Of a stretch of 54,581 nt of DNA, positions 20,176 through 29,658 are shown one piece after another. Location of the stretch: positions 1-54,581 of the forward strand of contig DYGB01000005.1 in assembly GCA_020724905.1 (NCBI GenBank), in the 5' to 3' direction. Source of the stretch: Candidatus Paceibacter sp. GTDB taxonomy: Bacteria; Patescibacteriota; Minisyncoccia; UBA6257; JAGOQP01. The position numbers and the translations under genes are program-made. The number at the start of each line of letters is the position of its first letter. The stretch's first letter is position 1. The notes beneath the pieces were generated by a model. That model was not told the origin of the DNA. It saw only the letters and a list, made by a program, of their open reading frames with translations, and searched no databases.

Positions 20176-21598
20176 GTGGTAGGAGAGCATTCTATATGTG
20201 CTGAAGCGGGATCCGCGAGGACCCGTGGAACGTATAGAAGAGAAAATGTTGGCATGAGTAACCGCAAGGGCGATGAGAATTCGCCCCCCCGAAAATCCAA
20301 GGGTTCCTCCGCAATGGAAGTCAGCGGAGGGTTAGGCGGTCCTAAGGCAATGGCGAAAGCCGCAGCCGATGGATAGCAGGTTAATATTCCTGCCCGTCAT
20401 TATGGTCCGATGGAGGGACGAGGTGTAGTATGGGAAGCGTCTTAATGGATTGGCGTCCTCAACTAAGGATTGCTGGATAGAAAATCTACTAGCGTATAAT
20501 CCAAGGGGAAAGGCGATACCTTCTTCGGAAGGTGCAGTTTCCAAAGCACATCTCTAAAAAAAGCTTCTAAGGATAACCATAGTGATACCGTACCGTAAAC
20601 CGACACAGGTGGATGAGGCGAGGAGCCTCAGGGGAACGAGTGAGTCATCCTCAAGGAACTCGGCAAAAAAGCGACTGTAACTTAGGGACAAAGTCTCCCT
20701 ATGGGTGCTTGCACCTATAGGGCGCAGCGAAAGTCTCTCTGGCGACTGTTTACTAAAAACACAGCTCCCTGCGAACTCGTAAGAGAATGTATAGGGGGTG
20801 ACGCCTGACCGATGCGAGAAGGTTAACGATTGGGGTGTATTGATTTCGGTCGATATGCTCACAGTCCGAAGCCCTCGTCAATGTCAGCCGTAACTATAAC
20901 GGTTCTAAGGTAGCGCATTTCCTTTCCGGGTAAGTTCCGGAGCGCACGAATGGCGTAACGACTGGAGAACTGTCTCGAGGATGAGCTCGGTGAAAATGCG
21001 ATTCCCGTAAAGACGCGGGATACCTGCAGTGGGACGAAAAGACCCCAGGAGCTTTACTGTAGCTTGATATTGGTATTAGTGTGTAACTGCGTAGTATAGT
21101 GGGGAGACGTTGAAGTTATGCTTTCGGGCATGATGGAGTCGACAGTGAAATACCCATCTTTTATATGTTAATATCTAACCGTACCGGTAAAAACGGTAGG
21201 GGACAGTGTCTGGCGGGCAGTTTCAATGGGGCGTTGTCCTCCCAAAAAGTAACGGAGGAGTTTAAAGGTCAGCTTGGTCCGGATGGAAATCGGACCTGAA
21301 GTGTAAAGGCAGAAGCTGGCTTAACGGCAAGACATACACGTCGCGCCGATGCGAAAGCAGAACTTAGTGACCCGACGGTAATATATAATGCTTTTTAAGT
21401 ATTATATTCTTCATAGGAAGGCCGGAGACAACGGATAAAAGCTACCCTGGGGATAACAGGCTGGTGAAGCCCGAGAGTTCATATCGACGGCTTCGTTCGG
21501 CACCTCGATGTCGGCTCACCCTAGCGCGGGGCTGAAGAAGGTCCCAAGCGTTTGGCTGTTCGCCAATTAAAAGGGTACGCGAGCTGGGTTTAGACCGT

Positions 21599-21854
21599 CA
21601 GCTTTAAAAAGCTGTGGCGGCTTTCTCGAGTAATCGAGATAGCAAAATCGACTCATATCGGTGAAGTCCTTTTATATAAAACCTGTATATATAAGGGTAA
21701 TACCGAGGGAAGTTAGAAAATATTCTAACCCCGTAGAGACTTTTCCTTTTATAAGGAAGGATGGAAACAGATCACTGTTCCATGAAACGTCGATCTCCTT
21801 ACAAATGTAAGGATGGTGGTATAGTCCATGCTATTGGTAACAATAGATAACATG
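21599..21854 (+). other. Group I intron in 23S after E. coli-equivalent U2593, no ORF
   Basis: Exons join as TTTAGACCGT|CGTGAGACAG; ends in G; core motifs CATATCGGTGAA, AATACCGAG, CGTAGAGACT, GGTATAGTCC. Confidence 0.92.
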
Positions 21855-21916
21855 CGTGAGACAGGTTGGTCTCTATCTACTGCAGGCGTTGATGTTTGAG
21901 GGAAGTTGATCCTAGT

Positions 21917-22249
21917 AAGATTTGCTACTCTTTACAGTAATGTAAAGTGACAATGCAGCTAATAACGATGAAACCTTGTTTATTCTGTTCCGTTGATAGC
22001 CACAATTTTATGGTCCAATAAATTGTGGTACAATTAACTTGAGGACCAGAATTAAAACAAGACAATATCGTGGGAAGTTGCTTTCAACATAAAAACATGA
22101 AAGTTAACCCCGTAACGACTTGTTCTAAATGTTTTCACATTTAGACGGATAGATGTTTCTAAATGTCTATAATACGCTGCCACCCAACGATTCGTATAGA
22201 ATACAGGGTGAAGATATAGTCTGCGCACATAGTGATATGTGATTTCGTG
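21917..22249 (+). other. Group I intron in the sarcin-ricin loop (after E. coli-equivalent U2656), no ORF
   Basis: Exons join as CCTAGT|ACGAGAGGACC; P1 TAGTAA/TTGCTA with U-G at splice site; CGTAACGACT and AAGATATAGTCT core; terminal G. Confidence 0.9.
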
Positions 22250-22538
22250 ACGAGAGGACCGGATTGAACAAACCCCTGGTGTACCAGCTTTAGTGCCAAC
22301 TGAATTGCTGGGTAGCTATGTTTGGTAGGGATAAGCGCTGAAAGCATCTAAGCACGAAGCCCATCCCAAGATAAGACATCAAGAACCCTCGAAGATGACG
22401 AGGTTGATAGGCTTTAGGTGTACGATCCGTAAGGATCTTAGCCGAGAAGTACTAATAGTTCGGATTTTTTCTTGTTTGCATCTAATCCACTTTTTAGAGT
22501 TGTTGTGATCAATGCGTGATATGGTTGTTGTCAGTGAT

Positions 22539-22650
22539 TTCCCGGTGATTTAGTGTAACGTGCACCACCTCTTTCCATTCCGAACAGAGAAGTGAAAGCG
22601 TTATACGCCGATGATACTCCCTCTTGGGGGAAAGTAGGCTTTGCCGGGAG
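22539..22650 (+). rRNA. rrf: 5S rRNA
   Basis: CCATTCCGAAC...GTGAA...CGCCGATGATACT...GAAAGTAGG; terminal stem CCCGG/CCGGG. Confidence 0.96.
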
Positions 22651-22679
22651 CTCACTGATAATAACCAACAAAGAAGAAG

Positions 22680-22707
22680 ACAGGCTTTCCGAGCCTGTTT
22701 TTTTTAT
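22680..22707 (+). terminator. rRNA transcript terminator
   Basis: ACAGGCT-TTCCG-AGCCTGT followed by T-run. Confidence 0.85.
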
Positions 22708-22721
22708 GTACAATAGAAGAG

Positions 22722-23756
22722 ATGAGATTATTCAAGCAAGTTATTTTTGGAATTATTTTTGTCCTTATTGCAGGACTTATTATCTATGTGATAGTGAGCG
22801 CAGTGTTTTCTTCCGATCCATATCCTTCATATTGTTATGATGGGGTGCAAAATAGAGAGGAGGAGGGGATTGATTGTGGAGGGTTGTGCGTAGCATGTGA
22901 TGAGGAGATAAGTGATGTTCGTATTCTTGATAAAAAACTATTCCCTACAAATACAGGAACAGGACTTGTTGTTGAGATTCAAAATCCAGATACACAGAAT
23001 GCTGTTGCATCTTTTGCATACGAGATGATCTTAAAAGATATAGCGGGTAGTGGTGTTGATACAGTGGATGGTACTTCATTTCTCTATACAGGAGAGATAA
23101 AGCATCTTGTATTTCCTTCTCTTCCTTTTTCCTTTGGGACTATTACTTCAGTAGATATTGAAATACTGGATGTAAAGAAAGTTACAAAATCTGATTTTCA
23201 AAAACCAGATGTTATTACACGATCAGTTAGGGTACAAAAAGACCCAATTCGTGTAACAGGCTCTTTGGTGAATAATGAGGCTGTTTCATTTGATGACGTC
23301 ACTGTCTATGCATTGCTGTATAATCGAGCAGGGATGCTCGTAGGGGCATCAAAAACACATATAGATGATATTGAGTCACTTGAGACGGTACAGTTCAATA
23401 TTGTCTTTTCTCCAGATCTATCAATCCAAGAAGAAACGTCCAGTGTGACCGCTATATTTGAAGATACTATGCAGAGAGGTGATAGTGGTGAGGTAGTACG
23501 CATGTTACAAGGTATATTACGAGAATTAGGGCTTTTACAACGTGACCCTACTGGATTTTTTGATAGTATCACAGAGGATGCTCTTAAAGATTTTCAATTA
23601 GAGCATAACATAGCTCAAACAGGAATGTTGGATAATGAAACTCGTTTTATCTTAAATCAGACGCTCGTTAATAAAGAAAATTCAGATAGTGCTGACCATG
23701 TAAGTAAAAAAGTTGATCCAACAAAAACTAAGGTTTTTGTTGATATACAGAGGTGA
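22722..23756 (+). CDS. Membrane-anchored protein with Cys motif, Ig-like domains and peptidoglycan-binding domain
   Basis: CYDGVQN...DCGGLC; GDSGEVVRMLQ...LKDFQ...TG PG_binding_1-like segment. Confidence 0.7.
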   Translation: MRLFKQVIFGIIFVLIAGLIIYVIVSAVFSSDPYPSYCYDGVQNREEEGIDCGGLCVACDEEISDVRILDKKLFPTNTGTGLVVEIQNPDTQNAVASFAYEMILKDIAGSGVDTVDGTSFLYTGEIKHLVFPSLPFSFGTITSVDIEILDVKKVTKSDFQKPDVITRSVRVQKDPIRVTGSLVNNEAVSFDDVTVYALLYNRAGMLVGASKTHIDDIESLETVQFNIVFSPDLSIQEETSSVTAIFEDTMQRGDSGEVVRMLQGILRELGLLQRDPTGFFDSITEDALKDFQLEHNIAQTGMLDNETRFILNQTLVNKENSDSADHVSKKVDPTKTKVFVDIQR

Positions 23757-23894
23757 TAGAAAAGATATCCACAAAGGAGAATATTTTTCTGATATAATAA
23801 ATATGAAGTATGGGTGTTATGTGTAAAACTGAACACCTGATACCATGGTGAGTCGAACCCACAGTTTTTGTGGGTTTTTTATTTTTAAAAATAT

Positions 23895-24365
23895 ATGTTA
23901 ACAAAAAAATCATACTATATAATAGCGGTCGTTGTAGTGCTACTAGTTATAGCTCTTGTGATAGGAGAAATAAATAATGAAAAAGAAGAATATGTAGAAC
24001 TTTTACTAGAGGAGGAGGGGCTTAGGAGTTCCGATTATATTGGAGGAGAAACTCCTCAGGAAACAATGGAGTTATTTATTGAATCACTTGAACAGAAAGA
24101 TTTTCTTAAAGCATCTCAGTATTTCGTAATGGGAGGTGATATACCTCAGGAAATATGGAGAGACTTTTTAGAAGAGGAAGAAGAAAATGGTACATTAGAG
24201 AATTTGATTTCTATATTACAGAGGGCTGAGCTATCAAATAGGGAGCTAGCAACAGAAAATTATAAAGAATTTATAACAAGGGATGAAGAAAGTGGAGAGA
24301 TACTATATTCATTTATTTTCTTTAAGAATGATGAAACGGGTGTATGGAAAATAGAAAGTATCTAA
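23895..24365 (+). CDS. Hypothetical acidic membrane-anchored protein
   Basis: N-terminal TM; GGETPQETMELFIESL...WKIESI. Confidence 0.7.
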   Translation: MLTKKSYYIIAVVVVLLVIALVIGEINNEKEEYVELLLEEEGLRSSDYIGGETPQETMELFIESLEQKDFLKASQYFVMGGDIPQEIWRDFLEEEEENGTLENLISILQRAELSNRELATENYKEFITRDEESGEILYSFIFFKNDETGVWKIESI

Positions 24366-27300
24366 TTATAATTTTTCTTCTCTTTGTATTTCTGTCTTCA
24401 ACAGGTGCGTATGCATATCCAACAGAGGTTCATGAGTTTATAACGCAAGAGGCACTAGAGCAGTATAGTAAAGAAATCTCGTATAGTTTTAGCAATAAGG
24501 AAAAGAATTTTATTATAAAAGGTGCGGCTCACGAGGATACAACTCCACGGTGGATGAATCACTTTTTTGATCCTGTGTATAAAAGGGGGCTTAGTTCAGA
24601 TTCTGCAATAAATCCTTTTCTTCCCATAGGAAAATGGAATGATGCTCCGACATGGGCAAACTCTTGGGAAGAGCAAGACAAGAGTTTATACAAAAGTTTT
24701 CAGATGTTTTCCAATACATCTGTTTTTAGTGAACTAAACATTAACAAAACCGAGAGCGTATATACATGGAATAAAGCCCTGTATGAGTGGATAAAAGGGG
24801 ATAAAAATAAATCATTGTTCATTCTTGGTCATACATTGCATCTTGTTCAAGATATGTTTGTACCAGATCATACAAGAAATGATGCACATCCGGTGAGTAG
24901 TCCGTATGAAGATTATACGAAAGAACTACTTAATAAAGGAGAAATATACGTAGAAAAAACAAGACCCATTCCTTCTTACAATACTTTCGAAGAGTATTGT
25001 ACTAGTGCTGCTTTGTATTCTAATGAAAATTTTTATAGTGAAGATACTATAGGGGCTCAATCTGGATATACGAGCCCAACCCCCTCTTCATATGAGATAT
25101 ATGATGAAAGAATTCTTCTTTCAAGAGATGGAAAAGAAGGAGAAAAGGAAAAAGTATTTCTCGCTATAAAGACCTCAAAATATGGGAGTAATATAGCCAC
25201 CTTAAAAGAAGGTATTAGTACAAATGATAAAAAAATTCTTAAATCATATTGGGACCACTTATCACCGCGAGCTCTTGTGTATACTACTGGGGCTATAAAT
25301 TTCTTCTTTTCAGAGGTTGAGAGGTATAGGGATAATCCAGAGGAACTAATTAAAGATAAAAAGGGGTTGTTCTTAGGGAATATTTTAAACTCAATAGAAA
25401 GCTCATTTGATAAAATAGGAGAAAATCTTTTGGGGACAACAAACAACAACAAAACGTATAAATTTTTAATTGGAAATAATGATAACAAGGAAGTAGTTAA
25501 GACAGAATACAGAGAAGATCTTGATTCTATAAATGAGTCTGATGCTATAGAGATAAAAAGAGAGCATAAAGATGAAGAGGAAGATACGGAAAAATCAAAG
25601 TTGAATAATGAAAAAGAAAATACTGAGAACAAAAGAGATTTTATCTCATGTAGCATCAATCATGAATCTCCTAAGTATTTTCCGGTTGTGCTCTCGGAGA
25701 TTGCATGGATGGGTAGCGTAGATGGTGCATCTAATGAATGGATAGAAATAAGCAATATATCGTCTTCAAGAATTAATGTAAGTGGATGGAGTATAAAAAA
25801 TAGAGATGAATCTATTCAGATTGTATTTAGTGACATAGGAATAAATTCTCTAAATCCAGGAGAAATAACTCTTTTTGAAAGAACTAATGATGACGCTGTT
25901 CCACATATTAAATCGGATGGAATTTATAAAGGAGCCCTTAGGAATTCAGGAGATGATATTTTCATATTTGATGGTGATTGCAGATTAATAGACGTTATTA
26001 TTGCAAGTAATGGATGGCCAGCTGGAGACAATAGTAGTAAAAAAACTATGGAAAGAGATCTGGAAACACTTAAATGGTATACATCAAACAGGGTCCACGG
26101 GACTCCAAAGGGGGCAAATTCAAAATATAGTATAGGTGATGAGGAAGAGGAAGTCTCAACTCCTATCCCAACCCAAACTCCTGTTCCTACCCCAACCCCA
26201 ACCGTGACACCCACACAATCTCCTAGTGCTGATGAAATTATTTATGCAGATATTTCTATAAATGAAATAATGTACGATTTGGATGGTAATGATATGGGAA
26301 GAGAATGGATAGAGATAAAAAATGAAGATGAGATACCGGTGTTATTGGATGGATGGAAGTTTTTTGAACAAGACACGTACCACAACATTAATCACGTGTA
26401 TGGGAGTAAAGAGATAAATCCTGGAGGGTACGCAGTAATAGCAGACAAACCAGAGATATTTTTAAATGAAAATCGTGATTTCAAAGGTTCTATTTTTGAT
26501 TCGTCATTCTCTTTGAGTAATGAAGGAGAACTACTAGCACTTTATGCTGGAGATATATTAGTTGACTCGCACTCATACCAAAGTACACAGGGGGGAAGTG
26601 GAAATGGAAATTCTCTTCAGTTGTATGAAGGAGAATGGGGAGAAGGGTTCCCGAGTCCAGGGCATGAGAATAACCATGATCCGATAGTTTCGGAAGAAAC
26701 AGGAGGAGAGTCAGTTACAATTGACCATATAGTTATAAGTGAGGTTCAAGTATCAGGTGGGTTTGGAGTCGAGGAATTTATAGAAATATATAATCCACTT
26801 TCTGAATCGATAGATATATCGGATTACTCTTTACAGTATGCAAGTGGAAGGAATGAGGATATTGGAAATATTTATAAAATAAATTTAGAGGGAGAAATAA
26901 AAGAAAAAAGTTTTTTATTATTGGCAAATAAAGACTCTTCTTTTTCAGAAATAGCTGATAAAACTTTTCCCTTCTCTCTTTCAGGTCAAGAAACGGGGGG
27001 TCTTATTGTATTGGTAGAAAATACAGATTCGATAGAAAGTATAAATGACTCTTCTATTATTGATTATGTAGCATATGGTTCTAAGAACACACTTCCAGTA
27101 GGATTTATAGTAAACACTCCTCCCGACAATAAAAGTATCGAAAGGAAGGCTCTTTATAAAGGAAGATGCGTGGATCCAGAGGGAGATTACGAGTTTAATG
27201 GGAATGGATGTGATCGAGATACTAGTGAAGATTTTATTGTAAGAGATAAGCCGTTTCCACAGAATTCATATTCACAAAAAGAACCAAGGGAGAAACCATT

Positions 27301-28363
27301 AGAAATCTCATCTGTTGATTATCTGTACGATGAGCTTTTTAGAACAGTTTCTTTGAGATGGGAATATGGAGAAGAAAACACAAGGTTTATTATAGAAGAT
27401 AAAGGAGAAGAGACAACTGTATATGAAACTGAGAATATGGCATTTGATGTAAACTTAAAAGAACTCAATATCGCTCATATAATAAGTATATATGTAAAAG
27501 ATGAAGGAGGATATATTTCTGAACCTTTTACAGTTCAAGAGGACTTTTTCCCAGAAAGTTTTATAAAAGGAGTAAATTTTTATGTAAAAGATAATAAAGC
27601 TACTGTTGATATATTTATTCAAGAAAGCGATTTTATTCCCGACTTTTTCGGAAGAGGAAGTGAGGGGGCGTTAGTATTTTCGATAAATAGAGACCCACTA
27701 GATGGAGAAATGATTGAACTTAGTCCAACAAGTGACTTTTCAAACTGGTCTACTAATGAAAAAAATGCTGTTATGGAAAGCATGTTTCGTAGTTGTAGGG
27801 GGGAGCGAACAGCAGACATGATTCCTATTAAAAATGTTTCAGGTGACTGTGGTGTGGCGTACGATGTAGAAAGATTAAAAGAAGGAATTATTAGAATGTA
27901 TCCTGATATTCAATGGGATCCAAGGTTGTTAACGGGAGATGATTATATTTCTATATCTTTTTACAATCTTTACAGTAATTGGACACGAAAAGTATATAAG
28001 AATGTAGGAGTTGATACAAGAAAATACTTTTTTTCAAAAGAAGTATTAGAAAATAATATTCCTCCTACTTCTCCACAAAATGTTCGTGTCGTAAAAAGTG
28101 ATAATGAAGAATATATTCTTTGGGACCCATCACATGACCAAGATGGGCTTGATAATTTTATCAGGTATCAAATAGCAATCATTCCACCGGGTGGAGAATT
28201 AACAGAATCATTGTGGAGTGATGCATATTTATGCTATTCGAATGGAGAACTTCGCGGGCCAAATATACAATATTCAATTCCAGGAACACACACCATACAC
28301 ATGAGAGCTATCGATGAGTTAGGAATGTTTTCGGATCTTAGTACGGTGATTGTGGAAAAGTAG
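24344..28363 (+). CDS. Large secreted protein: Zn-dependent phospholipase C/P1-nuclease-like domain plus three lamin-tail domains
   Basis: Signal peptide; HED, NHFFDP, LGHTLHLVQDMFVPDH; three (I/L)(S/N)E...E(W/F)IEI LTD repeats; PT linker. Confidence 0.75.
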   Translation: MENRKYLIIIFLLFVFLSSTGAYAYPTEVHEFITQEALEQYSKEISYSFSNKEKNFIIKGAAHEDTTPRWMNHFFDPVYKRGLSSDSAINPFLPIGKWNDAPTWANSWEEQDKSLYKSFQMFSNTSVFSELNINKTESVYTWNKALYEWIKGDKNKSLFILGHTLHLVQDMFVPDHTRNDAHPVSSPYEDYTKELLNKGEIYVEKTRPIPSYNTFEEYCTSAALYSNENFYSEDTIGAQSGYTSPTPSSYEIYDERILLSRDGKEGEKEKVFLAIKTSKYGSNIATLKEGISTNDKKILKSYWDHLSPRALVYTTGAINFFFSEVERYRDNPEELIKDKKGLFLGNILNSIESSFDKIGENLLGTTNNNKTYKFLIGNNDNKEVVKTEYREDLDSINESDAIEIKREHKDEEEDTEKSKLNNEKENTENKRDFISCSINHESPKYFPVVLSEIAWMGSVDGASNEWIEISNISSSRINVSGWSIKNRDESIQIVFSDIGINSLNPGEITLFERTNDDAVPHIKSDGIYKGALRNSGDDIFIFDGDCRLIDVIIASNGWPAGDNSSKKTMERDLETLKWYTSNRVHGTPKGANSKYSIGDEEEEVSTPIPTQTPVPTPTPTVTPTQSPSADEIIYADISINEIMYDLDGNDMGREWIEIKNEDEIPVLLDGWKFFEQDTYHNINHVYGSKEINPGGYAVIADKPEIFLNENRDFKGSIFDSSFSLSNEGELLALYAGDILVDSHSYQSTQGGSGNGNSLQLYEGEWGEGFPSPGHENNHDPIVSEETGGESVTIDHIVISEVQVSGGFGVEEFIEIYNPLSESIDISDYSLQYASGRNEDIGNIYKINLEGEIKEKSFLLLANKDSSFSEIADKTFPFSLSGQETGGLIVLVENTDSIESINDSSIIDYVAYGSKNTLPVGFIVNTPPDNKSIERKALYKGRCVDPEGDYEFNGNGCDRDTSEDFIVRDKPFPQNSYSQKEPREKPLEISSVDYLYDELFRTVSLRWEYGEENTRFIIEDKGEETTVYETENMAFDVNLKELNIAHIISIYVKDEGGYISEPFTVQEDFFPESFIKGVNFYVKDNKATVDIFIQESDFIPDFFGRGSEGALVFSINRDPLDGEMIELSPTSDFSNWSTNEKNAVMESMFRSCRGERTADMIPIKNVSGDCGVAYDVERLKEGIIRMYPDIQWDPRLLTGDDYISISFYNLYSNWTRKVYKNVGVDTRKYFFSKEVLENNIPPTSPQNVRVVKSDNEEYILWDPSHDQDGLDNFIRYQIAIIPPGGELTESLWSDAYLCYSNGELRGPNIQYSIPGTHTIHMRAIDELGMFSDLSTVIVEK

Positions 28364-28416
28364 GTAGCTAATGTGCTGGCATACTACCTTTCAACTGAAG
28401 AAATAACCCTTCTGTA

Positions 28417-29553
28417 CTACGAAAGAAGAAATGAATCGTATGTATCTCTACTTATCCGCTCCACTGTTCCTTTATATGAAGAAATAAATTCTTTTGGAGG
28501 AGAGATCTTTTTCTGGGGATTAAACTTAAATTCATATCCACGAATTTCTCCACCACTTTCTTCTACATAATCAACCTCCTTTTTTGTGTATGATCTCCAA
28601 AAATATGGATTCACAAAGTGTTCCATATGTGCGTTATATTTAATCCTTTCAGACACGCAGAAATTTTCCCAAAGAGCTCCTTTGTTATCTCGAAGAGAAA
28701 GAGGATTGTAGTTCTGAATAATACTGTTACGCATTCCTACGTCAACAAAATATATTTTCACTGATTTTGAAACCTCTTTACGTCTATTTCGGGAAAGAGC
28801 AGAAAGGCGAAAGATAACAAAGCTCTGTTCAAGAATATCTATATATTTTATTACCGTTGCACGATTTATTCCGAGCTCTCCAGCGAGCTCGTTATATGAA
28901 ATATCCCTTCCTATCTGAAGCGCAAGAAGTTGAAGAAGTTGTCGTACAACGCTTGATTTCCGTATACCTTCAAATTTTAAGATATCTTTGTATAAATAAT
29001 TTGAAGAGATTTCATTTAAACGTTCCGTTGCTTCTTTTTCTGGGAGAGAGAATACTTCAGGATATGAACCAAAACGAAGAAGAAGATCGAGTGTTGCATC
29101 AAGTGAAAATCTGTCCGTGTGTTTTGAGATTTCCATAAGAGAGAGGGGATAGAGTGTAATCACAAACGTCCTCCCTGTTAGAGGCTCTGAAACTTTTGAA
29201 GCAAGGTCAAAACTTGATGATCCTGTTGCAATAATTTGTAAATCAGGAAATGTATCAACAATAATTTTCAATTTTTTTCCGATGTCAGGAATATGTTGTG
29301 CCTCATCCAATACGATAAGTTTATAATCTCCAAGATATGCCTTCAATTTATCAGCTTCTCTGTGAGAAAGTCCTTCTTGTACAGAAAGTAGTTCACAGTT
29401 CAAATATTTTCCTTTTTCCCCAAATTCACTCAAAATATCTTTAGAAAGTGTTGTTTTTCCAACTTGCCGTGCCCCATACATGATAACAATCTTTCCTTTA
29501 AAGAGTTTGTCTTGGATCCTCTTTTTTTCGATCCTTTGTATGTATTTTTGCAT
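28417..29553 (-). CDS. AAA_14 ATPase with DUF4143 domain
   Basis: GARQVGKTT, LDEAQ, TGSSS, KIYFVDVG, GALWEN, EVDYV, YEFK. Confidence 0.9.
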   Translation of the reverse strand: MQKYIQRIEKKRIQDKLFKGKIVIMYGARQVGKTTLSKDILSEFGEKGKYLNCELLSVQEGLSHREADKLKAYLGDYKLIVLDEAQHIPDIGKKLKIIVDTFPDLQIIATGSSSFDLASKVSEPLTGRTFVITLYPLSLMEISKHTDRFSLDATLDLLLRFGSYPEVFSLPEKEATERLNEISSNYLYKDILKFEGIRKSSVVRQLLQLLALQIGRDISYNELAGELGINRATVIKYIDILEQSFVIFRLSALSRNRRKEVSKSVKIYFVDVGMRNSIIQNYNPLSLRDNKGALWENFCVSERIKYNAHMEHFVNPYFWRSYTKKEVDYVEESGGEIRGYEFKFNPQKKISPPKEFISSYKGTVERISRDTYDSFLLS

Positions 29554-29658
29554 AAAAAGTATAAAAAATGATACTATACTATCAATTTTATCATGAATTT
29601 TGTTATTTACAAGGGGAAAAGTACTAAAAAGACCTATTTTACACCAAAATAGCCAACG

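Noticed and set aside
26158-26226. C-rich repeat tract as a DNA repeat element
   Set aside because: Encodes an ordinary Pro-Thr linker
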